Virus record (IMG/VR): IMGVR_UViG_3300028844_004984 | DNA from: a virus | DNA length: 64,000 nucleotides | Direction: 5' to 3' (one strand) | Shown: positions 20,160 to 29,419 of the stretch, in pieces | Numbering within the stretch: position 1 is the first letter of the stretch | Layout: each line of letters opens with the position of its first letter | Made by a program: the position numbers and the translations under genes | Notes under the pieces: generated by a model | What the model was told of the DNA's origin: nothing | What the model saw: the letters and a program-made list of their open reading frames with translations, nothing else | Database searches by the model: none

Positions 20160-20211
20160 TTTTGTATTGGCCCGAAAGGGAAGTGGGCTTATAGTAACCA
20201 ACCATATAAAA
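20160..20211 (+). ncRNA. Candidate structured cis-regulatory RNA in the 5' leader of a fibre gene
   Basis: Closing stem TTTTGTA(T)TGG/CCATATAAAA, hairpin CCC-GAAA-GGG, and TGG-GCT-tat-AGT-AA-CCA. GC-rich island in an AT-rich spacer. Confidence 0.45.
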
Positions 20212-20224
20212 CGGAATAAAGGAT

Positions 20225-22678
20225 ATGCCAAATTGGAAAAAAGTCGTTACATCTGGTAGCGACACAGCGTTAAACTCCCTATCGATGTCGGGAGATATCA
20301 TACCAGACCAGGACAATGTACATACACTTGGTACTGCTGATAATAGATTTAAATTGAATGGTGGGCTGCCAGTAAACGTAAGTGGCACAGGTACTGCTAA
20401 TAAACTCACCAGATTTCAGGGTTCAAATACTGTAGAAGATTCAAAGATAACTTCGACTGATACACAAACTACCATAGACCATGATAGCGACGGTAATATT
20501 ATATTTACTGTACAGGGTTCTAATGGTTCCTTAATGAACATAAGTGATGTAGATAATGGTGGCGCTGGGGTGTTATTCTCAGTTAATGATAATGCGGGGA
20601 TACCAATGTTTGAGGTATCATCAAGTGGTACATTGGTTGCTCAGAATCTATCATCGAGTAACGAATCGTTTATACTAACATACAATTCAGCTTCCGGCCG
20701 TATCCATTTTGCATCAAGCTCCACAGTAGGTGGTGGTGATGATTTAGGTAACCATACAGCCACTACTACCCTAAATATGAGTACTAACAACATAAGTAAT
20801 GTAACCTCTATTGATGGTACTTTTTCGCAAGACCTCACCATCAACGTAGGTGGTTCGGATGATTTGTTTGTATCTGCGAACAACATAAACTTGAATGATG
20901 AGGTAATATTAACCAATAATGGTGATGTGAATGCAAGTGGTGTTGTATCAGCGAGTACTGCAGTGAGTTCAAGTGATATATATACAACCAATCTACGCTC
21001 GATAGGGTCGCAGGATACTACAAGAATGAACCTAGGTGCTGGTCAGATACTTTTTTATGCTGGTGGGGGGGCCTCATCGTTCCAACATATGTCTATGAAT
21101 CTTGCACAGGGTACTATATTGAATGATGATGGTAACGCTAACTTTGATTTCAGAGTAGAAGGTGATACCGATACACATTTAATTTTCGCAGATGCAGGTG
21201 AAAATAGAGTTGGTATAGGTACTGATAGCCCAGCTTATTTATTTGATGTAGATGGAGCACTCCGTGCGACTGGAATGTATGTAGATACATCGATATTCCA
21301 TACTGATGATACTGACACCAAAATTACATTTGGTAATGACCAAATGTTCATGTACGTTGGTAATAAATCAACAATAGCATCAACTCCATCGATAGTAACT
21401 ATAAATGGTGAAGGAAACAATATGGATTTCCGAGTCGAAGGTGAAAATGACGGAGATTTGATTTATACGGATGCAGCTAACGACCGAGTTGGTATAAGTA
21501 CTAGCACCCCATCAACTCTCTTTGATGTGGCAGGCGAATCTTCTCTTAGTAGTATTTTATTGGGTTCTACAATGAGACATGAAGGTGACCTCGATACCAG
21601 AATTGCATTCACTACTAATCAAATAGTTCTAACAACCGACGCGGCCGCTGATACATCTGTCACCATCAGTAATCTGAGCGTAACGATAAATGATGATGGG
21701 GCTGATAAAGATTTCATTGTTAATGGTAATGAAGCCGATTTAATTGTAGCAAGTGGTTCTCAGAATAGAGTTTACATAAAAGGCAGAAACGAACTATTAG
21801 ATAAAACACTAAACATACAAGGTGAAGTAACAGCATCAGATGTTTACATAGATGATTGGGGTTCGGTATCATCATCGTTAGCAAATGCAGGAGGTACACT
21901 ACCCGATACTGGTCCTGGAGCTGGAACGTATGGTTCAACTTCCAATAGTACTAAAATCGACCAAATCACATTAGATGCGAAAGGAAGAGTAACCGCTGTA
22001 ACTACGGGAACTACTGGCGATGGTGATATCACAGGTGTAACTGCTGGAACTGGACTAACTGGTGGCGGTACATCAGGCACTGTAACTTTAAATTTAGATA
22101 ACCCTATATCAAAAGTAGGTATTCAGGTCGGTTCTGGAACTTCAGCAGCACCATCTATATCATTTTTTGATGGAACAGATTATGGGTGGTATCAAACTTC
22201 GCTTAGCAAAGTAAGTGTAGCGACCATAACCTTTGCCTTCAATGGTAATAACCAGATGATACACGATGAAGATGGTATTCAAATCACATCTGATTATGCA
22301 CTTGGGGTTGGTGTAGCACCATCAACAACTAATGGTAGAATTGATGCATCTAATGATATCGTAGCATTCTCATCTTCAGATATAAGATGGAAAGAAAATA
22401 TCAAACCAATTGAAAACGCATTGAATAAAGTATCTCAAATCGGGGGATATGAATTTGATTGGAAAGAGTTACCCGATGATAAAAAAGAAACTCAGCATGG
22501 AAATGTTGGACATGATGTTGGGGTAATAGCACAAGAGATTGAAAAAGTACTGCCAGAGGTTGTAACCACTCGTGATAATGGATTTATGGCTGTACAATAT
22601 GAAAAGATAGTTCCGTTATTGATAGAATCAATCAAAGAATTGAAAGCAGAAGTTGAAGAACTAAAACGGAGATTATAA
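20225..22678 (+). CDS. Tail fibre/receptor-binding protein with C-terminal peptidase S74 intramolecular chaperone
   Basis: DFRVEG..RVGI repeats; SSDIRWKENI...GVIAQEIEKVLPEVV...YEKIVPLLIESIKEL. Confidence 0.85.
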   Translation: MPNWKKVVTSGSDTALNSLSMSGDIIPDQDNVHTLGTADNRFKLNGGLPVNVSGTGTANKLTRFQGSNTVEDSKITSTDTQTTIDHDSDGNIIFTVQGSNGSLMNISDVDNGGAGVLFSVNDNAGIPMFEVSSSGTLVAQNLSSSNESFILTYNSASGRIHFASSSTVGGGDDLGNHTATTTLNMSTNNISNVTSIDGTFSQDLTINVGGSDDLFVSANNINLNDEVILTNNGDVNASGVVSASTAVSSSDIYTTNLRSIGSQDTTRMNLGAGQILFYAGGGASSFQHMSMNLAQGTILNDDGNANFDFRVEGDTDTHLIFADAGENRVGIGTDSPAYLFDVDGALRATGMYVDTSIFHTDDTDTKITFGNDQMFMYVGNKSTIASTPSIVTINGEGNNMDFRVEGENDGDLIYTDAANDRVGISTSTPSTLFDVAGESSLSSILLGSTMRHEGDLDTRIAFTTNQIVLTTDAAADTSVTISNLSVTINDDGADKDFIVNGNEADLIVASGSQNRVYIKGRNELLDKTLNIQGEVTASDVYIDDWGSVSSSLANAGGTLPDTGPGAGTYGSTSNSTKIDQITLDAKGRVTAVTTGTTGDGDITGVTAGTGLTGGGTSGTVTLNLDNPISKVGIQVGSGTSAAPSISFFDGTDYGWYQTSLSKVSVATITFAFNGNNQMIHDEDGIQITSDYALGVGVAPSTTNGRIDASNDIVAFSSSDIRWKENIKPIENALNKVSQIGGYEFDWKELPDDKKETQHGNVGHDVGVIAQEIEKVLPEVVTTRDNGFMAVQYEKIVPLLIESIKELKAEVEELKRRL

Positions 22679-23343
22679 TGGCGGTTGGTACAACAAACAT
22701 AGGATTAGCAAGTACACTTAGAACCGAAATGGGCCTAACCACGGGTATAGAAACATCGCTACAAAGTATAAGTAAGGGTACTTATGCAACAATAAACACA
22801 AACTCAGCAAACAGACCTGATAGTTCCGCACCATTCGCAATGAGTGAGTTCCAAAGCTACGACCATACTACTGGTGGTACAACAAAGTTCAATATAAATC
22901 ACACCAAATACTCAACCGGGGCACAAGCGTGCGCAGTTCCCGCTAATCTTACAGAATTTGGCGACCACGATGGTACTGGTGCATATCCGGTAGCAGGTGA
23001 TACAATCAGCATCAACGGTGCTGGGATTGGTACTGGTACTTGGAGATATCCAAGTGGATACCTTGTAACATCAAACTCAGTTGTTTCAGTAACAGGAGTT
23101 TGTGGTGGTCGTTCCGAACGCAGATACAAGCAAAATATCAAACAAATTGGCACATCTCCAATGGGAATTCCTATCTATGAATTTGAGTACAAAAACAAAT
23201 TACATGGTTCTGGTAAATATGTAGGAGCTATGGTTGATGATTTGATGAGAATTGGGTTTGAAAGTGCGTTGTACACCCTAAATAACGAAATTTGGGTAGA
23301 TTACGATAAAATTGATGTACCATTCGAAAAAATATACAAATAA
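22678..23343 (+). CDS. Small fibre-tip protein with C-terminal S74-like chaperone domain
   Basis: PFAMSEFQSYDH; SERRYKQNIKQIG..GIPIYEFEY...VDYDKIDV. Confidence 0.65.
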   Translation: MAVGTTNIGLASTLRTEMGLTTGIETSLQSISKGTYATINTNSANRPDSSAPFAMSEFQSYDHTTGGTTKFNINHTKYSTGAQACAVPANLTEFGDHDGTGAYPVAGDTISINGAGIGTGTWRYPSGYLVTSNSVVSVTGVCGGRSERRYKQNIKQIGTSPMGIPIYEFEYKNKLHGSGKYVGAMVDDLMRIGFESALYTLNNEIWVDYDKIDVPFEKIYK

Positions 23344-23981
23344 TGAATCTCCCCAAAAGTAGATTAGAGGCATACCTACAAAACAATGTTGAATATACAG
23401 ATACCTCAATGATATCAGATATTGCGGGTGTTTGTTGTCCCGTTATGGATGTTGAAGAAGATGGCATAATGAAAGAAACTGCCAGAATGTTATGTTCAAA
23501 TGGTGGTTCTGTTCTAAATGTTGGATTTGGTATGGGTATCATAGATAGTTACATAAAAAGCCACAACCCATCTGAGCATATTATGATAGAAGCACACCCA
23601 ATGGTCGTAGAACATGCCAATTCTTTGGGATTTGAACCAATATTGGGAAAGTGGGAAGATGTTATTCCAAAATTTATTGAAGAGGGTAAGAAGTTTGATA
23701 GTATATACTTTGATACATTCACATTTGATTACCACACCGACCCACAATGGGGACCATTTACAAAATTAGTACCTCAGTTACTGAATAAGAGTGGTATTTA
23801 TTCGTTCTTCAATGATATCGCATCGAAGGTTGAAAAAGTAGAAGAAATTATAGAACCTTGGGGGTGGGAACGTAATGTAAAATACGTTTCTTACATAGAA
23901 AGAGAACAACCAGCGGATAGTGAAGTAATAATCCCAGTCGATCGTGGTGATTATGAGTTAGTGTGGTATGTGAGTAACTGA
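23343..23981 (+). CDS. Class I SAM methyltransferase, RMT2/guanidinoacetate N-methyltransferase-like
   Basis: VLNVGFGMGIID, HIMIEAHP, GKWEDV, FDSIYFDTF, GIYSFFN. Confidence 0.8.
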   Translation: MNLPKSRLEAYLQNNVEYTDTSMISDIAGVCCPVMDVEEDGIMKETARMLCSNGGSVLNVGFGMGIIDSYIKSHNPSEHIMIEAHPMVVEHANSLGFEPILGKWEDVIPKFIEEGKKFDSIYFDTFTFDYHTDPQWGPFTKLVPQLLNKSGIYSFFNDIASKVEKVEEIIEPWGWERNVKYVSYIEREQPADSEVIIPVDRGDYELVWYVSN

Positions 23982-23997
23982 TTCTTAGTTATCTCCA

Positions 23998-24005
23998 TAT
24001 TTATA
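23998..24005 (+). promoter_or_regulatory. Putative late promoter TATTTATA
   Basis: Exact octamer. Confidence 0.6.
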
Positions 24006-24025
24006 TAAAAGATTAAGGAGATTTT

Positions 24026-25189
24026 ATGGCAGTAAATATTCCGATATGGCCAGGTTCATCATCGTTTTCGGAGGGTAGTACTCCATTTGGACACTACGAT
24101 ACTGATAATGAGTTCACATCATCAGCAGATAAGACTGCCGGTTGGTGCGCCAAACGTTTGGGGTATCCTATAGTTGATATTGAACTACAAGATATCAATT
24201 TTTATGCCTGTTTCGAAGAAGCGGTTACCGAATACTCATCTCAAGTCAATCAATTTAACATTAGAGAGAATCTACTTAATATTCGTGGTAACTCCACTGG
24301 TTCAAATCTGAGCCAGACTGAGTTGAACGCAAATTTAGGTGGAATTGTATCTCTCGCAAAAGATTATGGTACTGAAGCGGGTAGTGGTGGTAGAGTAACA
24401 TACTACACTGGTTCGTTTGTAATGAAATCAGGACAACAGGTCTATGATTTGACAGATACGGATTCGGTATCATTTGAAAGTGGTACGCCTGGAGTTGATA
24501 CCATAGAGATTAAGAAAGTACTACACACAGCTCCACCTGCGATGGTTAGATATTTTGACCCATTTGTAGGAACTGGATTGGGTTCGCAGCAAATGATGGA
24601 TACTTTTGGTTGGGGTAACTACTCACCGGGTGTATCGTTTATGATGCAACCACTTTACGATGATTTGTTAAGATTGCAGGCGATTGAGTTCAACGATTTA
24701 GTTCGTAAATCTCAATATGGGTTTGATTTAAAGAATGATAAGATACGAATCTTCCCAATTCCACAATATGGTGATAGGGGTACAAAAGTTCATTTCCACT
24801 ACATATTAGACTCGGAGCGTAGAGACCCAGTAGTTTCGAGGTCTGTTGTATCTGATTACTCAAATGCGAAGTATGATAGAATGGAGTACAAACACATTAA
24901 TCATGTTGGTAAACGGTGGGTTGAGAAGTACACATTGGCACTTGCCAAAGAAATGTTGGGTGCGGTTAGAGCTAAATTTAGTTCAGTTCCAATCCCAAAT
25001 TCGGAAATAACATTAGATGGGGCAGATTTAAGAAGTGAAGCGGCATCGGAAAAAGAAATCTTAATTTCAGAATTGAGAGAAAACTTAGAAGCTACTTCTA
25101 GAAAAGCATTGTTACAAGCACAGCAAGAAGAATCAGAAGCGATGGAGCAGACTCTTAACAGAGTCCCTCGTGCAATATATATAGGATAA
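24026..25189 (+). CDS. Neck protein (T4 gp13-like)
   Basis: RLGYPIVDIEL, WVEKYTLALAKEMLG..R.KF, TLDG..L..EA..EKE.L. Confidence 0.8.
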   Translation: MAVNIPIWPGSSSFSEGSTPFGHYDTDNEFTSSADKTAGWCAKRLGYPIVDIELQDINFYACFEEAVTEYSSQVNQFNIRENLLNIRGNSTGSNLSQTELNANLGGIVSLAKDYGTEAGSGGRVTYYTGSFVMKSGQQVYDLTDTDSVSFESGTPGVDTIEIKKVLHTAPPAMVRYFDPFVGTGLGSQQMMDTFGWGNYSPGVSFMMQPLYDDLLRLQAIEFNDLVRKSQYGFDLKNDKIRIFPIPQYGDRGTKVHFHYILDSERRDPVVSRSVVSDYSNAKYDRMEYKHINHVGKRWVEKYTLALAKEMLGAVRAKFSSVPIPNSEITLDGADLRSEAASEKEILISELRENLEATSRKALLQAQQEESEAMEQTLNRVPRAIYIG

Positions 25190-25192
25190 GCT

Positions 25193-25720
25193 ATGGCACT
25201 ATTTGGTGGACAACGAGATGCGGCATTCTTCAGTAAAGTAAATAAAGAGTTAATTAATGATATAATCGACACTGAAATTTACTACTATAAGATTATATTG
25301 CAAGATTCTAAGAGAAATATCTATGGTGAGGGTAAGGATAAGGTATACTACAATCCACTTAAAATTCCAACTTTGGTAGATAGAACTAATGCAGAGCAGA
25401 TTTTTGATGAATTTGGTTCATCGTACACAAGAAACGTTAACTTTTACTTTTTGAGAGATACATTGGTTGAAAAAAACATATTTCCTGAGGTTGGTGATGT
25501 CATTGAGTGGAATGATGAGCAACATATCGTTGATGTAACATTTACAAATCAGTTCTTCGCCGGTAAGAATCCTGAAACTTGGGATGGTGGAAACACACAA
25601 GGATACAACGTATCGGTAGTTTGTGAAACTCATGTCGCAAAACGTACTCAGTTGAAGTTAAGAGATGATTTTAGAGTTGGTAACAACAATAGTAACAACG
25701 ATTTACCAGTAGGAATCTAA
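25193..25720 (+). CDS. Neck/head completion protein (T4 gp14-like)
   Basis: Position after gp13; IYGE and PEVGDVI motifs. Confidence 0.65.
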   Translation: MALFGGQRDAAFFSKVNKELINDIIDTEIYYYKIILQDSKRNIYGEGKDKVYYNPLKIPTLVDRTNAEQIFDEFGSSYTRNVNFYFLRDTLVEKNIFPEVGDVIEWNDEQHIVDVTFTNQFFAGKNPETWDGGNTQGYNVSVVCETHVAKRTQLKLRDDFRVGNNNSNNDLPVGI

Positions 25721-25721
25721 G

Positions 25722-26525
25722 ATGGCACAGCGATATAGACAAAATAGAGATGAAAAAATTGATTTGAAGAGAACTCAGAGTTCATTTTCGGATGACCCTA
25801 AGTTGAACAAAGCAAGGCAAGTATCTCGTCGTAACGATGATGTTAAGAATGTATCGATTGGTATCTATGATATTGATTTGGCATTCAAAGATTTCTTAGA
25901 AAAGGATGTAAAACCAACGATTGAAGAAAGTGGTAAGTTTATACCAGTTCCAGTTGTATATGCATCGCCTGAAAATTGGGCATCTGCTCAAAAGGATGGA
26001 TTTATGAGAGATGCTAATGGTAAAGTACAAACACCATTAATTTCATTTAAGAGAAATTCGTTGGATGTGAACACAGAATACTCAAAACTAAAGGTACTTA
26101 CCGATAGTGATACCTCACAAACGTTTGTTAGGAAGTATACACACGAAAATCGGTATGATGCGTTCTCACAACTTATAGGTCAGAAGCCGGTTGATGAAAA
26201 ATACATTGTAGATAGACCAGATTATGTAAATATCCAATATGATGTGATAGTGTGGTGTGATTTTATGGAAGATTTAAACAAATTGGTAGAACAAATCATA
26301 TATTTTCAAGGTGGGGCATTTGGGGATAGATATAAGTTTCAAATCAAAGGAGAATCTTACTCATTTGAAACTACAAATGGTGTAGGTGAGGAACGATTAG
26401 TCAGAAGTAACGTAACATTGACTACAAAAGCGTACATTGTGCCAGAAAACAGAGGAAATGTAATAAATACTCAAAAAGCATTTGGTACATCCAAGATTGT
26501 TTGGAATTTAAAGTCCAATATTTAA
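25722..26525 (+). CDS. Tail terminator/sheath stabiliser (T4 gp15-like)
   Basis: VPVVYASPE.W, PLISFKR, PDYVNIQY; synteny. Confidence 0.65.
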   Translation: MAQRYRQNRDEKIDLKRTQSSFSDDPKLNKARQVSRRNDDVKNVSIGIYDIDLAFKDFLEKDVKPTIEESGKFIPVPVVYASPENWASAQKDGFMRDANGKVQTPLISFKRNSLDVNTEYSKLKVLTDSDTSQTFVRKYTHENRYDAFSQLIGQKPVDEKYIVDRPDYVNIQYDVIVWCDFMEDLNKLVEQIIYFQGGAFGDRYKFQIKGESYSFETTNGVGEERLVRSNVTLTTKAYIVPENRGNVINTQKAFGTSKIVWNLKSNI

Positions 26526-26545
26526 TCTTTGATAAAAAAATATCA

Positions 26546-26553
26546 TATTTATA
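26546..26553 (+). promoter_or_regulatory. Putative late promoter TATTTATA
   Basis: Exact octamer. Confidence 0.6.
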
Positions 26554-26583
26554 TACTGGAACAATTAAATAATTTAAAAAGTT

Positions 26584-26883
26584 ATGGCAGACGTTAAAAA
26601 TGTAAACGAAACAGAAGTAATCAGTATCGAATCAAAAGATATTGATAGAATTAAAAAATTCAGAACAGAATATACTGATATTGTAAGCCGGTTGGGTGAG
26701 GTAGAAGCTGAAATGTTAAATGCTGAAATGGTTTTAGAAAACATTAAAGCAATAAAAAACAATTTATCGGATTCTTTCAGAACGCTAAGGTTAGATGAAA
26801 AAAATCTAACAGAGGATTTTCAGAAAAAATATGGTAATGGGGAATTTAACATAGAAGATGGTACTTTCATTCCTACCAAATAA
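26584..26883 (+). CDS. Coiled-coil hypothetical protein
   Basis: Heptad pattern; C-terminal KYGNGEFNIEDGTF. Confidence 0.6.
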   Translation: MADVKNVNETEVISIESKDIDRIKKFRTEYTDIVSRLGEVEAEMLNAEMVLENIKAIKNNLSDSFRTLRLDEKNLTEDFQKKYGNGEFNIEDGTFIPTK

Positions 26884-26909
26884 ATATAATCGTTTTGAGT
26901 TTTTTGATG

Positions 26910-26917
26910 TATTTATA
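26910..26917 (+). promoter_or_regulatory. Putative late promoter TATTTATA
   Basis: Exact octamer upstream of the sheath gene. Confidence 0.6.
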
Positions 26918-26956
26918 GATATACTAAAAACTAAAAGAAATCAATAGGAGAATCAA

Positions 26957-29317
26957 ATGGCAGAAAGAATAGTAAGTCCTGGCGTATTTACGAGAGAAAA
27001 GGACTTGTCATTTCTACCTCAAGGGATTGGTGAGATTGGCGCAGCGTTAATCGGTTCAACAGTTAAGGGACCGGCGTTTGTACCAACACAAGTAGAATCT
27101 TTTCAAGAGTTTCAACAAGTATTCGGTGGATTGACAGAAGATTCATATCTACCATATACCGCACAAGCTTATTTGGAAGATGCAGGAACTGCAACAATCG
27201 TTAGGGTATTAGGGCAAGATGGATACACTCTTGAAAATCCAGTGGCATTAACAGTATCATCATCGCATGGTAGTAAAGTAGTAGCAGTACTACATCCAAC
27301 AAATCAAATCACATCCGATACAGATGTGTTTGATGAAACTTTAATAGTAGACCACTTAGGGTCATCTGATGTAAGTGCATCACTATTTACACTAACATTA
27401 TCAGGTTCTGAAGCAGCTGATACTGATTTTTCAGCATCTTTGAATCCAACAAATGATAACTACTTCACTAAGCTATTTGGATTCGGACCAAGAGGTGGTG
27501 AAGAGGCATACGTTTACTCAAACTTCAAAACATTCCAATCAGCATCATTTGCAACTGGTGAAATTCCTGTAGTAACATTGGATGTTGCTAAAGATATTGA
27601 TTACACAAAAGCATATTCTGAGGCAAATACACCTTGGATTACATCACAAAAAGTTGGTGGAAACACAACAAACTTAATTAAGTTCCATACGCTATCACAT
27701 GGTACTGCAACTAACTATGAATTCAAAATTGGTATTCAGGATATTAAAGCAGCAGGTACTGTTGCGGGTTCTGAGTATGGTTCATTCTCAGTAGTTGTGA
27801 GAAGAGTAGACCAGGATAAAATAAATGGAACTCCATTTGTTGGGGTTGTTGATTCTGATATCAGACCTAACTTGATTGAAACATTCCAAAATGTAAATTT
27901 GGATCCTGATTCACCAAACTACATTGCTAGAGTAATTGGAGATAAGTACATCACTGTTGATGCTAATGGTAAATTATCAACCAATGGTGACTATCCAAAC
28001 AATTCAGCAAATGTTAGAGTTGAGGTTTCATCAGTTGTTGCTAACAAAGGTATTGACCAATCATTAGTTCCATTTGGATTTGCTAAATTACAGAACCCAT
28101 TCGGAACTGCATTTGCACTGCCAAACCCAACATATGTTGTATCACAATCAATCAATGAATCTTACAACGATAAGGCGTTTTTAGGTTATAATTTTGATTT
28201 CGCAACAACAGATAACTTAAATTTCTTATTACCAACACCAGATTCCGCAACTGCGACTGTAGGTGATGCATTCTACTTAGGAGATTGTCATGATAACACA
28301 GCAAACGCAGCCGTAGCATTGACTGGTACATTAAGTTCTAAAAAGTTCTTAGTACCCTTCCAAGGTGGTTTTGATGGATTTAAACCATCTAGAACTGTAT
28401 CGTTGGGTAACGATATTTTAGCAGGAAATTCACAAGGATATGATTTATCATCCAATACAGCGACTGGTACTGTAGCATACAGAAAAGCAATAAATGCTGT
28501 ATCTAATCCTGATGAATTTGATATTAATATGCTAGTTATTCCAGGCGCTATCCACAGATTACACTCTTCAGTAACAACATTTGCTAAAGATATGTGTGAG
28601 GATAGACAAGATACATTCTTCGTAATGGATTCAGCAGCGTATGGGGATAGTATTTCAACTACTACTAACACTGTTCAATCATTTGATTCGAACTATGTAG
28701 CTACATACTACCCTTGGGTTAAAATATTGAACACAGATAAGAATAAGCCGGTATGGGTTCCACCATCTGTAGTACTTCCGGGTGTTATAGCATTTAATGA
28801 CCAGGTTGCCGCTGAATGGTTTGCACCTGCTGGATTAAACAGAGGTGGGTTAACTTCAGTAATTGAAGCTAAAACCCGTTTGACTAGAACTGAAAGAGAT
28901 GATTTGTATGAGGGTAGAGTTAATCCAATCGCAACGTTCCCTGGTCAAGGTGTAACGGTATTTGGACAAAAAACACTACAGGCAAAACCATCGGCATTGG
29001 ATAGAATCAATGTAAGAAGATTGATGATTGCAGTGAAGAAGTTCATCGCATCTTCAACTCGTTACTTGGTGTTCGAAAACAATACAGCAGCTACGAGAAA
29101 TAGATTCTTATCAATCGTTAATCCTTACTTAGAATCAATCCAACAAAGGCAAGGTTTGTACGCATTCCGTGTGGTGATGGATGAGACTAACAATACACCG
29201 GATGTGATTGATAGAAACATTATGGTTGGTGAGATTTTCCTACAACCAGCGAAGACTGCAGAATTTATAGTTCTTGACTTTAATGTATTACCAACTGGGG
29301 CAGCGTTTCCAGAGTAA
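26957..29317 (+). CDS. Contractile tail sheath protein (T4 gp18-like)
   Basis: SPGVFTREKD, WFAPAGLNRG, FGQKTLQ..SALDRINVRRL, FENN, PAKTAEFI. Confidence 0.96.
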   Translation: MAERIVSPGVFTREKDLSFLPQGIGEIGAALIGSTVKGPAFVPTQVESFQEFQQVFGGLTEDSYLPYTAQAYLEDAGTATIVRVLGQDGYTLENPVALTVSSSHGSKVVAVLHPTNQITSDTDVFDETLIVDHLGSSDVSASLFTLTLSGSEAADTDFSASLNPTNDNYFTKLFGFGPRGGEEAYVYSNFKTFQSASFATGEIPVVTLDVAKDIDYTKAYSEANTPWITSQKVGGNTTNLIKFHTLSHGTATNYEFKIGIQDIKAAGTVAGSEYGSFSVVVRRVDQDKINGTPFVGVVDSDIRPNLIETFQNVNLDPDSPNYIARVIGDKYITVDANGKLSTNGDYPNNSANVRVEVSSVVANKGIDQSLVPFGFAKLQNPFGTAFALPNPTYVVSQSINESYNDKAFLGYNFDFATTDNLNFLLPTPDSATATVGDAFYLGDCHDNTANAAVALTGTLSSKKFLVPFQGGFDGFKPSRTVSLGNDILAGNSQGYDLSSNTATGTVAYRKAINAVSNPDEFDINMLVIPGAIHRLHSSVTTFAKDMCEDRQDTFFVMDSAAYGDSISTTTNTVQSFDSNYVATYYPWVKILNTDKNKPVWVPPSVVLPGVIAFNDQVAAEWFAPAGLNRGGLTSVIEAKTRLTRTERDDLYEGRVNPIATFPGQGVTVFGQKTLQAKPSALDRINVRRLMIAVKKFIASSTRYLVFENNTAATRNRFLSIVNPYLESIQQRQGLYAFRVVMDETNNTPDVIDRNIMVGEIFLQPAKTAEFIVLDFNVLPTGAAFPE

Positions 29318-29330
29318 TACGATGAGATAA

Positions 29331-29372
29331 TTTAGTTCCTCCGTTTTTTTCGGGGGAACTAAATACTTTTTT
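29331..29372 (+). terminator. Terminator-like hairpin
   Basis: TTTAGTTCCTCCG/CGGGGGAACTAAA stem with a downstream T-run. Confidence 0.7.
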
Positions 29373-29383
29373 GGAAAGAACTA

Positions 29384-29391
29384 TATTTATA
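29384..29391 (+). promoter_or_regulatory. Putative late promoter TATTTATA
   Basis: Exact octamer upstream of the tube gene. Confidence 0.6.
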
Positions 29392-29419
29392 ATAAAGAAA
29401 AAATAACGGAGTAGTATAA

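Noticed and set aside
20160-20211. Canonical c-di-GMP-II riboswitch or hammerhead ribozyme call
   Set aside because: Too short, with no kink-turn or pseudoknot and no CUGAUGA core; kept only as a candidate novel motif.
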